From NCBI GenBank assembly GCA_031459915.1, contig JAVKHO010000019.1, positions 1 through 54,326 on the forward strand: DNA of 54,326 nucleotides, read 5' to 3'. This DNA comes from Candidatus Tepidifontimicrobium thermophilum. Its GTDB lineage: Bacteria; Sysuimicrobiota; Sysuimicrobiia; Sysuimicrobiales; Sysuimicrobiaceae. Below, piece by piece: positions 19,371 through 28,450 of the stretch; positions within the stretch are counted from its first letter, which is position 1; every line of letters starts with the position of its first letter. Under the pieces are notes generated by a model that saw only the letters and a program-made list of their open reading frames with translations, was not told the origin of the DNA and made no database searches. A program made the translations under genes and the position numbers.

Positions 19371-19838
19371 CTAGACCGCCTCCGCGCGGGCCGCCCGGGC
19401 GGCCCGCGGGGGGACCACCACCACCGGCACGGGCGACCGACGCAGCACGCCCTCCGCCACGCTGCCCAGCAGCACCCGCTGCAGCCCGGTCCGGCCGTGG
19501 GTCCCCATCACGATGAGGTCAGCGCCGAAGCGCTCCGCGGCGTCCACGACAGCCTGTGCTACGGGCCCGTCGGGCACCACCTCCACCCGGAACCGGTGGG
19601 GAAGCTCCTCCAGCTGCGCCAGGCGGCTGCGGATCTGCATCCGCAGGTTCTCCAGGACCTGGTCCAGGTACAGACTCGGAGCCTCCCGCTGCAGCTCCTC
19701 GAACCCCGCCACGTCGTAGACGTGGAAGAAGATGAGCTCAGCGCCGTAGGACCGCGCCAGCTCCGCTGCCGTAGCGCACGTGGCTTCGGTCGTCTCACCC
19801 AGGTCCACCGCCACGAGGATCCGCTCGACCTTGGACAT
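19371..19838 (-). CDS. Universal stress protein
   Basis: RILVAVD; DLIVMGTHGRTGLQRVLLGSVAE motif. Confidence 0.92.
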   Translation of the reverse strand: MSKVERILVAVDLGETTEATCATAAELARSYGAELIFFHVYDVAGFEELQREAPSLYLDQVLENLRMQIRSRLAQLEELPHRFRVEVVPDGPVAQAVVDAAERFGADLIVMGTHGRTGLQRVLLGSVAEGVLRRSPVPVVVVPPRAARAARAEAV

Positions 19839-19872
19839 GGCTGGCCTCCTCGTCGCTTTTCGTTCCAGCCCC

Positions 19873-20016
19873 AGGGTAGCCCGGGCGGAGGCACGCTGGC
19901 CATCCGGGCCGCGTCCGATGGTCCTGCCCCGTGTTCCTCCGACCTGCGCCGGACCCGGCGGGGCTGAAAAATCCGGCGTCCGCCGGATGGCTGCGGAGTG
20001 GGGCCCGCCCTAGCGT
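19873..20016. promoter_or_regulatory. Divergent usp / rrf2-nos promoters, each with a motif A site
   Basis: ATCCGG-GCCGCG-TCCGAT (19902-19919) with minus-strand TACCCT at 41 nt; ATCCGG-CGTCCG-CCGGAT (19971-19988) with TAGCGT at 20011 (40 nt). Confidence 0.6.
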
Positions 20017-20020
20017 GTAA

Positions 20021-20039
20021 ACGGACCCGACGGGTCCGT
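20021..20039. promoter_or_regulatory. 9-1-9 palindrome ACGGACCCG-A-CGGGTCCGT, candidate Rrf2 operator (motif B)
   Basis: Perfect inverted repeat just downstream of a -10-like hexamer and upstream of rrf2. Confidence 0.6.
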
Positions 20040-20089
20040 CGCGTGGGCGGCCCGCCGGGTTTTGCTGTTGCCGGCTGCGGAGGGACGTC

Positions 20090-20569
20090 ATGCGGTTCAC
20101 CCGGGAAGCAGAGTACGCCCTGCGGGCGCTAGCCTACCTCGCCTCCGTACCGTCCGGGCAGGTCCGGCCCGCCAACCAGGTAGCCGACGCGTGCGGGCTT
20201 CCGGGCCCGTTCCTCAGCAAGACGTTGCGCAAGCTGGCCCGCAGCGGCCTGCTGCGCTCCGCCCGGGGCCGCAGCCGCGGTTACGGGCTGGCCCGGAGCC
20301 CGGGGGAGATCAGCGTTCGGGAGATCCTGGAGGCGGTGGAGGGTGCCGACGCCTTCCGCCGGTGCGTGTTCTGGGACGCGGGCTGCTCCGAGGACCACCC
20401 GTGCGTCCTGCACCCCGCCTGGGCAGGGGTCCGGGCTAGCCTCCTCGCCAACCTGGAGCGCATGACCCTCGAGGATGTCAGGGCCGCGTGGTGGGCCAGA
20501 GACCCCCCCGTGGGGTGGGGCGAGCTCGCTGGTCGGAAAATCCAGAGGACGAAGGGAGGTGGACCATGA
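20090..20569 (+). CDS. Rrf2-family Fe-S transcriptional regulator
   Basis: EYALRAL, winged-helix GYGLARSP, C-X6-C-X5-C-X2-H cluster ligands. Confidence 0.9.
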   Translation: MRFTREAEYALRALAYLASVPSGQVRPANQVADACGLPGPFLSKTLRKLARSGLLRSARGRSRGYGLARSPGEISVREILEAVEGADAFRRCVFWDAGCSEDHPCVLHPAWAGVRASLLANLERMTLEDVRAAWWARDPPVGWGELAGRKIQRTKGGGP

Positions 20570-22539
20570 GGTGGAGTCGGCTTGCGTCGCTGGTGGTAGT
20601 GATGCTGGCGCTGGTGCTGGCAGGAGCTTTGGCGGGGCAGGCGCAGCGCAGCACTACGCTGCCCCAGGACGTCCAGAGCCTCATCGAGGCGAAGGGGCTC
20701 ACGCCGGACCAGGTCCGGGCAGCCATCCAGACGTACGTGCCGCCCGGCAAGTACGACGAGTACCTGATGTTCTCGTCCGGAGGCCAGGGCGGCCAGGTGC
20801 TGGTGTTCGGCGTCCCGTCCATGCGCCTGCTCCGGGTGATCGGGGTGTTCGCGCCTGAGCCCTGGCAGGGCTACGGCGTGGGCTCCGAGGAGACGGAGAC
20901 CATCCTGAACTGGCGGACCAAGGACCCGCGCCTGGCTTGGGGGGACACCCACCACCCGGCCCTCAGCGAGACCAACGGGGAGTACGACGGCAAGTGGCTG
21001 TTCATCAACGACAAGGCGGGAAGCCGCATCGCGGTCATCGACCTTCGGGACTTCGCCACGAAGCAGATCGTGCAGAACCCCAACGCGGTCAGCAACCACG
21101 GCGCCGTGGTGAGCCCCAACACGGAGTACGTGCTGGAGGTGACCCAGTACGCGGGTCCCTTCCCCTTCCGGTACGTGCCCCTGACGCAGGAGAACTACAA
21201 CCGGCACTTCCGGGGCCTGGCGACCTTCTGGAAGTTTGACCGGGGCAAGGGGCGCATCGACGTGAGCAAATCCTTCCAGATCGAGCTGCCGCCCTACTGG
21301 CAGGACCTGGCGGACTTCGGAAAGCTGGAGAGCTACGGCTGGGCCTTCTGGAACTCCTTCAACAGCGAGCGGGCCATCGGGGGCACCCTGGAGAAGAAGC
21401 CGCCCGTGGAGGTCGGCGCCAGTGCCCGGGACATGGACTACCTCCACATCGTGAACTGGAAGCGGGCCGAGGAGCTCGTGGCCCAGGGGAAGTACACCGT
21501 GATCAACGGGATGAAGGTGATCCGCCTGAAGGACGCCGTGGAGGCGGGGATTCTGTACCTGGCGCCGGAGCCCAAGAGCCCCCACGGCCTGGACGTGGCC
21601 CCGCGGGGCGACTACATCGTGGTGGGCGGGAAGCTGGACCCGAACGCCACCGTGTACAGCTTCCGCAAGATCCAGGAGGCCATCCGCAGCAAGGCCTTCA
21701 GCGGCCGGGACGACTACGGGATCCCCATCCTGAAGTTCGACGCGGTGGTGGCCGCCCAGGTGAAGCTCGGACTCGGGCCGCTGCACACCATGTTCGACGA
21801 CAAGGGCAACGCGTACACGAGCCTGTTCCTGGACAGCGCAGTGGCCAAGTGGACTCTGGGACCGCCGTACAACCCGCCGGAGCGCGCGTGGAAGCTGGTG
21901 CAGAAGCTGCCGGTGCAGTACAACATCGGACACCTGACCGCGGTGGAAGGCGACACCACGAAGCCCGGCGGGAAGTACCTGGTCGCCCTGAACAAGTGGT
22001 CCGTGGACCAGTACCGGAACGTGGGTCCCCTGCTGCCGCAGAACTTCCAGCTCGTGGACATCAGCGGCGAGGAGATGAAGCTGCTGAGCAACACGCCCGT
22101 CGGGATCGGGGAACCGCACCTGGCGCAGATCGTCCGAATGGACCGGGTGAAGAGCTGGGAGGTCTACCCGGCCGGCACCAACCCGCTCACGATGCGGCCG
22201 GACCCCAACGCGGTGAAGGCCGGGCAGCAGCGGATCGTACGGGAGGGGCGGACGGTGCGCGTGTACATGACCGCCATGCGGAGCCACTACGTCCCGGACC
22301 GCGTCCGGGTGAAGCGGGGCGACACGGTGATCTTCCACATCACCAACATCGAGCGAACCAAGGACGCGATCCACGGGTTCGCCATCGACCGGCACAACGT
22401 GAACCTGAGCCTGGAGCCTGGGAAGACGGAGACGGTGGTGCTCCGGGCGGAGCGGCCGGGCGTGTACCCATTCTACTGCACGGAGTTCTGCTCGGCGCTG
22501 CACCTGGAGATGATGGGCTACCTGGAGATCGAACCGTAG
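20566..22539 (+). CDS. nosZ: Sec-dependent (clade II) nitrous oxide reductase
   Basis: Sec-type signal with no RR motif; CuZ His motifs DTHH, NHG, PHG, GPLH, IGH, EPH; CuA motif CTEFCSALHLEM. Confidence 0.96.
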   Translation: MRWSRLASLVVVMLALVLAGALAGQAQRSTTLPQDVQSLIEAKGLTPDQVRAAIQTYVPPGKYDEYLMFSSGGQGGQVLVFGVPSMRLLRVIGVFAPEPWQGYGVGSEETETILNWRTKDPRLAWGDTHHPALSETNGEYDGKWLFINDKAGSRIAVIDLRDFATKQIVQNPNAVSNHGAVVSPNTEYVLEVTQYAGPFPFRYVPLTQENYNRHFRGLATFWKFDRGKGRIDVSKSFQIELPPYWQDLADFGKLESYGWAFWNSFNSERAIGGTLEKKPPVEVGASARDMDYLHIVNWKRAEELVAQGKYTVINGMKVIRLKDAVEAGILYLAPEPKSPHGLDVAPRGDYIVVGGKLDPNATVYSFRKIQEAIRSKAFSGRDDYGIPILKFDAVVAAQVKLGLGPLHTMFDDKGNAYTSLFLDSAVAKWTLGPPYNPPERAWKLVQKLPVQYNIGHLTAVEGDTTKPGGKYLVALNKWSVDQYRNVGPLLPQNFQLVDISGEEMKLLSNTPVGIGEPHLAQIVRMDRVKSWEVYPAGTNPLTMRPDPNAVKAGQQRIVREGRTVRVYMTAMRSHYVPDRVRVKRGDTVIFHITNIERTKDAIHGFAIDRHNVNLSLEPGKTETVVLRAERPGVYPFYCTEFCSALHLEMMGYLEIEP

Positions 22540-22543
22540 GGAA

Positions 22544-22584
22544 GGCGGGGGGGGCGGGCACCGCCCGCCTCCCCGCCGAGTTTT
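22544..22584 (+). terminator. GC-rich hairpin with short U tract between nosZ and nosB
   Basis: GGCGGGGGGGGCGGGC-ACC-GCCCGCCTCCCCGCC followed by GAGTTTT. Confidence 0.55.
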
Positions 22585-22598
22585 GAGGAGGTGCGGAA

Positions 22599-23219
22599 GT
22601 GCGCAGTCCCAAGGTGCGGGCAGGCAGAGGGGCGGTGGGGATGCCGCTGCTGGCGGCGGTGTTGCTGGCAGCCTCGCTGGTCCTGCCCTACTGGCAGCTG
22701 ACCCTGTACGCACCCCAGTACCCGGGCGGCCTGAGGGTGTTCGTGCACCTCACCCACGTGGCAGGGGATGCCCAGGAGGTAACGACCCTGAACCACTACA
22801 TCGGGATGAAGCCCCTGGAGGAGGCCGCGCCCGTGGAGCGCGCGGTGGCCGTCCCCGTGGTGTTGGTGTTCGGGGCGCTGGCGGTCCTGTCCGGTACCCT
22901 GCGGGGCCCCTGGCGGTGGCTGCTGCGTCTGCCCCTGGTCCTGTTCCCCCTGGGGTTCTTCGCGGACCTGGCTGCGTGGCTCTGGTACTACGGCCACTCC
23001 ATGGACCCCGCGGCACCCATCCGGCTGGAACCCTTCATGCCCGCCATCCTGGGCCGTGGGGTGATCGCGCAGTTCCGGACAGTTGCGAGCTTCCACGTAG
23101 GGTTCTACCTGGCCCTGGCGGCGAGCCTGGTGGCCCTGTACGACCTGTGGCGGAAGCGGGTCCAGCAGGAAAGGGTGCCCGTACGGATCGGCGGGCCGGC
23201 GGAGGTGGCCGCCCGGTGA
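22599..23219 (+). CDS. nosB: NosB-like membrane protein of clade II nos clusters
   Basis: W..LYAPQYPGGL, LNHYIGM, WYYGHSMDP motifs; 4 TM segments; directly after nosZ. Confidence 0.85.
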   Translation: MRSPKVRAGRGAVGMPLLAAVLLAASLVLPYWQLTLYAPQYPGGLRVFVHLTHVAGDAQEVTTLNHYIGMKPLEEAAPVERAVAVPVVLVFGALAVLSGTLRGPWRWLLRLPLVLFPLGFFADLAAWLWYYGHSMDPAAPIRLEPFMPAILGRGVIAQFRTVASFHVGFYLALAASLVALYDLWRKRVQQERVPVRIGGPAEVAAR

Positions 23220-24568
23220 GCTGGGCACTGACCGCGGCCGCGGTGCTGGTGGCGGCCCTGTCTGCGGCCGGGTCTGGCATCGCGGCCAGCCTGCAGGCGC
23301 TGGTGGACGCCGCGCCTGCCGGTTCGGAGGTGGTAGTGCGTGGGGTGGTGCGGGGGCCGGTGGTGATCCGCAAGCCGTTGCGGCTGGTGGGCGAAGCCGG
23401 AGCTGTGGTGGACGGCGGCGGGCAGGGGACCGTAGTCCGGGTGGAAGCCCCCTACGTTTACGTGGCGCGGCTGGCCCTCCGCAACAGCGGCTCGGAGCTC
23501 AATACCGAGGACGCGGGCGTGTTTGTGGGGGCTCCCGGGGTCGTGCTGGAGGACCTGGTCCTGGAGGACGTGCTGTTCGGCCTGAACCTGAAGCAGGCGC
23601 ACCGCGCCGTGGTCCGGCGGGTGCGCATGTCTGGCAAGCCCCTGCCCCTCAACCGACGTGGGGACGGCGTACGCCTTTGGTACAGCCAGCGGGTTACCCT
23701 CACCGACGTGCAGGTGGAAGGGATGCGGGACGTGCTCCTGTGGTTCACTGAGGACTCCGTCCTGCACCGGTTGCGGGTCCGGGGTTCCCGGTACGGGGTG
23801 CACTACATGTACGCGCACCGCACGCCGCTGCTGGACAGTACCCTGGAGGGGAACGCGGTGGGGGCGTATATCATGTACAGCACGGGCGTGCGGGTGGAGG
23901 GAAACCGCTTCCTCCACAACCGCGACGTCCCCGGGGTAGGGCTGGCCTTCAAGGAGTCCGACGCGGTGGTCGTGCGCCGCAACGCGGTGGTGGGCAACCA
24001 CGTGGGGCTGTACCTGGACGCCACGCCCATGGGTGGTGACGGGCGGGGCCGGTTTGAAGACAACGTGGTGGCGGGAAACGGTGTGGGCGCGGTCCTGCTC
24101 AGCAACGTGACCGGCAACACCTTCACCGGAAACGTGTTTGAGGCCAACGGGGAGACGGTGCGCACCGAGGGGGGCGCCAACGCCCGTAACCGGTGGTGGG
24201 AGTCCGGCCGGGGCAACTGGTGGGACGGTTACGCGGGACTGGACCTGAACGGGGACGGGGTGGGCGACTATCCCTACCGGCTCCGCCGGTGGTTCGAGTC
24301 GGTCGCGGACACAGTGCCGACCTCCCGCGTGCTCCACGGCAGCGCCGCGGTGGCCGCCCTGGAGCGGGCAGCGCAGGCGGTCCCCCTGTTCCCGCCCCAC
24401 GTGGTGGTGGAGGACCAGTACCCACTCGTCCGGGCCCCCGTCCCGGCTGAGTTCCTCCACACGGAGCGGTCCGGGGCGTTCGCGGCAGCCTCTGCCGCGG
24501 TGGCCGCCGTGGGCGTGACGGGGATCTGGCTCGCGGCACGGCGGAGGGCGTGGGAGGTGCGGCTGTGA
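23216..24568 (+). CDS. nosD: N2O reductase maturation protein NosD
   Basis: RGDGVRLWY, RYGVHYMY, GNWWDGY.G.D.NGDGVGD.PY beta-helix motifs. Confidence 0.92.
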   Translation: MSWALTAAAVLVAALSAAGSGIAASLQALVDAAPAGSEVVVRGVVRGPVVIRKPLRLVGEAGAVVDGGGQGTVVRVEAPYVYVARLALRNSGSELNTEDAGVFVGAPGVVLEDLVLEDVLFGLNLKQAHRAVVRRVRMSGKPLPLNRRGDGVRLWYSQRVTLTDVQVEGMRDVLLWFTEDSVLHRLRVRGSRYGVHYMYAHRTPLLDSTLEGNAVGAYIMYSTGVRVEGNRFLHNRDVPGVGLAFKESDAVVVRRNAVVGNHVGLYLDATPMGGDGRGRFEDNVVAGNGVGAVLLSNVTGNTFTGNVFEANGETVRTEGGANARNRWWESGRGNWWDGYAGLDLNGDGVGDYPYRLRRWFESVADTVPTSRVLHGSAAVAALERAAQAVPLFPPHVVVEDQYPLVRAPVPAEFLHTERSGAFAAASAAVAAVGVTGIWLAARRRAWEVRL

Positions 24569-25410
24569 TCGCCTGGCGCAGTGTCACCGTGCGGTACCGG
24601 GACCGCGTGGTGGTGGACCAGGTGTCCCTGGAGGTGCCGTCCGGGCAGCGGGTGGCCCTGGTCGGCCCCAACGGGGCGGGCAAGACCACGCTGTTGCGGA
24701 CCCTGGTGGGCTTGGTGCCGTATGAGGGCACCGTGGAGGTGGACGGCTTAGACGCTCGCCTCGAGCCTGTGGAGGCCCGGCGCCGCATCGGCTACGTCCC
24801 GCAGCTGATGAGCTTCCCCCAGCACCTGACCGCGGCGGAGGTGGTAGCGCTGGCACAGGAACTACGGGGAGCAGTGCCCGACCCTGCGCCGCTTCTGCGG
24901 GAGGCAGGCCTGACAGAACACGCCCGCAAACCCGTGCGGGAACTGTCCGGCGGTATGCTCCGTCGCCTCGGGGTCGCGGTGGCACAGGTGGCCGACCCTC
25001 CGGTCCTGGTACTGGACGAGCCCACCAGCTACCTGGACCGCGAAGGCGAGGCCAGGCTGGTCCAGTGGCTGCAGGCCGCCGCGGGGAAGAAGACGGTGGT
25101 GGTCGCCAGCCACCAGCTCCGCGGCCTGGACCGGCTGGTAGACCGCGTGGTGGTACTGGACCAGGGGCGCGTGGTACGCGACCTGCCGGCGGAGCAGTTG
25201 CGTGCGCTGCACTGGCTTGAGGTGGTGGTGCCGCTGCCGGCGCCTGGGGAGCTGCCGGAGGAGGTGCGGGTGGTGGCGCGGCGCAATGGCGCGGTGCACC
25301 TTCGGGTGCCGGACCACCGGCTGCGGGAGGTCCTCGACGCCCTGGAGGGCCGGCCGGTGCAGGTGCACGAGCCGCCGGTAGAGGACCTGCTCCGGGAGGT
25401 GCTGGGGTGA
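24565..25410 (+). CDS. nosF: ABC transporter ATPase NosF
   Basis: GPNGAGKTT, LSGGM, LDEPT; position in the nos cluster. Confidence 0.88.
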   Translation: MIAWRSVTVRYRDRVVVDQVSLEVPSGQRVALVGPNGAGKTTLLRTLVGLVPYEGTVEVDGLDARLEPVEARRRIGYVPQLMSFPQHLTAAEVVALAQELRGAVPDPAPLLREAGLTEHARKPVRELSGGMLRRLGVAVAQVADPPVLVLDEPTSYLDREGEARLVQWLQAAAGKKTVVVASHQLRGLDRLVDRVVVLDQGRVVRDLPAEQLRALHWLEVVVPLPAPGELPEEVRVVARRNGAVHLRVPDHRLREVLDALEGRPVQVHEPPVEDLLREVLG

Positions 25411-26234
25411 GGACGTGGGCCGTCCTGGCTCGGTGGGACGCGCGGGCCGCTCTGCGGGACCGCTGGCTGTGGGCGCTTGCGGCCGCCTTCGGGACCCTGA
25501 CCCTGGCCGCAGCAGCTCTGGCGCTTTCCGGCCTGCGGGTGGTGGGGCTTTCGTCCTTTGACCGTGCGGCAGCCGCCCTCGTGCACCTCTCCATGTTGTT
25601 CGTGCCGCTGATGGGTCTGGTGCTGGGCAGCCTGTGGATCGCCGGGGATCGTGAGAGCGGCGCTCTGGACTTCTTACTGGCGCAGCCCGCGGACCGCTCG
25701 GCACTGTACGTGGGCCGCTACGTGGGCCTGGCCGGAGCTGCGGTGAGCGCCACGTGGATCGGCTACGGCGCTGCAGGCCTGGTGCTGGCGTGGGGCGCGG
25801 GCACCGACCGGCTAGACAGCTTCCTGTGGCTGGTGGTCTTGTCCACGCTGCTGGCGCTAGCCTCCGTGTCGGTAGGCCTGGCCATCTCTGCCGCTTCCCC
25901 CAACCGAGGACGGGCTCTGGGAGCGGCGTTGCTGGCGTGGCTGGCCCTCGCCGTGCTCACAGACCTGGGGGTCCTGGCCAGCGTGGTGGCCCTGCGGCTC
26001 CCGCCCGTCGTCCTCCTGGCCCTGGCGTCGGCAAACCCGGTCTCCGCGTTCCGGATAGCGGGGTTGCTGGTGGTCACCCGGTCTCCTGAGCTCCTCGGCC
26101 CGGTGGGGTTGGTGGCCACAGACCGCTTGGGGCCCGTGGGAGCCGCGCTGACCCTGTGCGGCGTCCTCCTCTTGTGGGCGGCAGGTGGCCTCGCGGTCGG
26201 GCTCCTGAGGTTCCGGAGGACGGCCGGGCCTTGA
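25407..26234 (+). CDS. nosY: ABC permease NosY
   Basis: 6 TM segments, DRESGALDFLLAQP, NPVSAFR. Confidence 0.88.
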   Translation: MRTWAVLARWDARAALRDRWLWALAAAFGTLTLAAAALALSGLRVVGLSSFDRAAAALVHLSMLFVPLMGLVLGSLWIAGDRESGALDFLLAQPADRSALYVGRYVGLAGAAVSATWIGYGAAGLVLAWGAGTDRLDSFLWLVVLSTLLALASVSVGLAISAASPNRGRALGAALLAWLALAVLTDLGVLASVVALRLPPVVLLALASANPVSAFRIAGLLVVTRSPELLGPVGLVATDRLGPVGAALTLCGVLLLWAAGGLAVGLLRFRRTAGP

Positions 26235-26611
26235 GGTGGTTCTGGCTGGCCGCGGTCCTGCTCCTGGCTGCCTGCGGGCAGCGGGCGTCTGCGAAGGTGG
26301 AGGGAGACGGGTGGGTCGCGACTCTTGAGTGGACCCCTCAACCCCTGAAAGCTCTCCGGCCCGCGCAGCTCGTCCTGCGCGTCCACGACCGGTCAGGCCG
26401 GCCCTTGATCCTGGGGGGGCTAGAGGCGCGGGCGGACATGCCCGAGATGTCCCACGAGCCGGACCCTGTACGTTTTCGGAGGAGCTCAGAGGGGACCTAC
26501 GAGGCGAGCCACAATTTCTCCATGGACGGCTTGTGGAGGATCCGGGTGACGGGCCGGTGGGACGGCGGGACTCTGGAGGCGACGTTCCACGTTACCGTAG
26601 GCGGTCCGTAA
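26231..26611 (+). CDS. YtkA/FixH-like lipoprotein (Met/His copper-binding candidate)
   Basis: Lipobox LAAC; DMPEMSH and FSMDGLW motifs; TTGA overlap with nosY. Confidence 0.75.
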   Translation: MRWFWLAAVLLLAACGQRASAKVEGDGWVATLEWTPQPLKALRPAQLVLRVHDRSGRPLILGGLEARADMPEMSHEPDPVRFRRSSEGTYEASHNFSMDGLWRIRVTGRWDGGTLEATFHVTVGGP

Positions 26612-26638
26612 CCCGCGTGCCGGTTCGGGGGTGCGGCC

Positions 26639-28450
26639 ACGCGAGAGGAGCCGACCGAGGGAGAAGATCAGGCCTTCCAGCGGGCGCGGGCCTGGTTCGG
26701 CGGTGATACCCTGCGCGCCGAGGTGTTCCTGCGGAGGTACGCCCTACGGGACCTGCAGGGCCGGCTGCAGGAGTTCACGCCGGAGCAGATGTGGGACCGC
26801 GTGGCGGGCTTCGTGGCCCGCGCGGAGGAAGGCCGGCCCACCTGGCGGGCCCGCTTCCGTGAGCTGCTGGAGGGGTTCCGGTTCGTCCCGGGAGGTCGGA
26901 TCCTGTTCGGGGCAGGCAACCCCAGGCGTGTGACCCTGTTCAACTGCTACTACGTTCCCATCCGGGAAGACTCCATCGCAGGGATCACCCGCTGGATGGT
27001 GGAGGCGGCGCGGACGTACGCCTCCGGCGGCGGTGTGGGTACGAACGTTGACGTGCTGCGGCCCCGGGGAGCATCCACGGCCAGTGCCGGCCTGGTGGCC
27101 AGCGGCCCGGTGAGCTTCATGGAGGTGTTCAGCGCGCTGACCGGGGTGATGGGCTCTGTGGAGGGGCGGCGGGGCGCCCTCATGATGACCCTGCGGGTGG
27201 ACCACCCGGACGTCCTGGAGTTCGTGAGCGCGAAGTCCGACCCCCAACGGACTCGAATCCAGCACGCCAACGTGTCCCTGCGGGTTCCGGATGAGTTCTT
27301 TGCGGTCCTGGACGTGGACGGGGACCTGCGGCTGTGGTTCCGGACGCCCCGGGAGGTCGTGGAGCGCCGGGTGCCGGCCCGGCGCGTGTGGGAGGCTCTG
27401 GTGGAGGCGGCGTGGGCCAGCGCGGAACCCGGGCTTTTGTTCTGGGACACGGTGGTGCGGGAGTCCACCGCCCAGTACGGGGGCCTCGAGGTCGAGGGCG
27501 TGAACGTCTGCGGGGAAGTCCCCATGGAGCCCTACGGAGCCTGCAACCTGGGCAGCGTGAACCTGGGGGCGTTCGTCAAGGACCCCTTCGGCCCCCGCGC
27601 CCGGATGGACTGGTCCGCCCTGGAGGAGGCAGTACAGCTCGCGGTGCGGTTCCTGGACGACGTGGTGACGGTGGGGGCTCCTCGACATCCCCTGCGGGCG
27701 CAGCGCGAGGCGTCCGAACGGAGCCGCCGCGTGGGCCTGGGGGTGATGGGTCTGGCAGACGCCCTGGCCATGCTGGGGGTCGCCTACGGGTCGGAGGAGT
27801 CGGTGCGCTGGGTGGAGGAGTGCTTCCGGCGGTTGCGGGACAGCGCGTACGCGGCCAGCGTGGAGCTGGCGAAAGAGAAAGGGACGTTTCCGGTCTTCGA
27901 CGCCGTGAAGCACGAGCGCAGCCCCTTCATACAACGTTTGCCCGCCGAGCTGCGCCGCGCCATCCGACGGTGGGGACTGCGTAACGCCGCGCTGCTGGCC
28001 GTGGCCCCCACGGGCTCGATCTCCCTGCTGGCGGGCGCTTCCAGCGGCATCGAACCCATCTTCGGGCTGCGGTACACGCGCCTAGTTGGGGGCCAGCGCC
28101 TTCCCGCGCAGCACCCCCTGGTCGCCCTGTACCGTCACCACACGGGCAGGGGAGACCCCGACTGGCCGACTGCCCACAGGATCGACCCTCTCCGCCGGGT
28201 GCGGCTGCAGGCCGCGGCGCAGCGCTACGTGGACCAGAGCATCTCGTCCACGGTGAACCTCCCGGCCTCCGCGGGGCCGGAGGTGGTGGAGACCGTCTAC
28301 CGTTCCGCGTGGGAGATGGGGTGCAAGGGAATCACCGTGTTCCGGGAAGGTAGCCGGGCCGCGGTCCTGGAGACGCCGGGGACCTCGCCCGTGGCGGTGT
28401 GCACGCTGTGCGAGCCGGGGTTGCCGCCGGACGGAACGTCAACGCCGTGA
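26639..28450 (+). CDS. nrdJ: Class II (B12-dependent) ribonucleotide reductase; start uncertain (ACG 26639 or GTG 26723)
   Basis: FVPGGRIL, LFNCY, GGGVG, RRGALM, NVCGE, ACNLGSVNL, APTGSIS, SSGIEP, C-terminal CTLC; no adjacent nrdB or nrdG. Confidence 0.85.
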   Translation, partial: TREEPTEGEDQAFQRARAWFGGDTLRAEVFLRRYALRDLQGRLQEFTPEQMWDRVAGFVARAEEGRPTWRARFRELLEGFRFVPGGRILFGAGNPRRVTLFNCYYVPIREDSIAGITRWMVEAARTYASGGGVGTNVDVLRPRGASTASAGLVASGPVSFMEVFSALTGVMGSVEGRRGALMMTLRVDHPDVLEFVSAKSDPQRTRIQHANVSLRVPDEFFAVLDVDGDLRLWFRTPREVVERRVPARRVWEALVEAAWASAEPGLLFWDTVVRESTAQYGGLEVEGVNVCGEVPMEPYGACNLGSVNLGAFVKDPFGPRARMDWSALEEAVQLAVRFLDDVVTVGAPRHPLRAQREASERSRRVGLGVMGLADALAMLGVAYGSEESVRWVEECFRRLRDSAYAASVELAKEKGTFPVFDAVKHERSPFIQRLPAELRRAIRRWGLRNAALLAVAPTGSISLLAGASSGIEPIFGLRYTRLVGGQRLPAQHPLVALYRHHTGRGDPDWPTAHRIDPLRRVRLQAAAQRYVDQSISSTVNLPASAGPEVVETVYRSAWEMGCKGITVFREGSRAAVLETPGTSPVAVCTLCEPGLPPDGTSTP

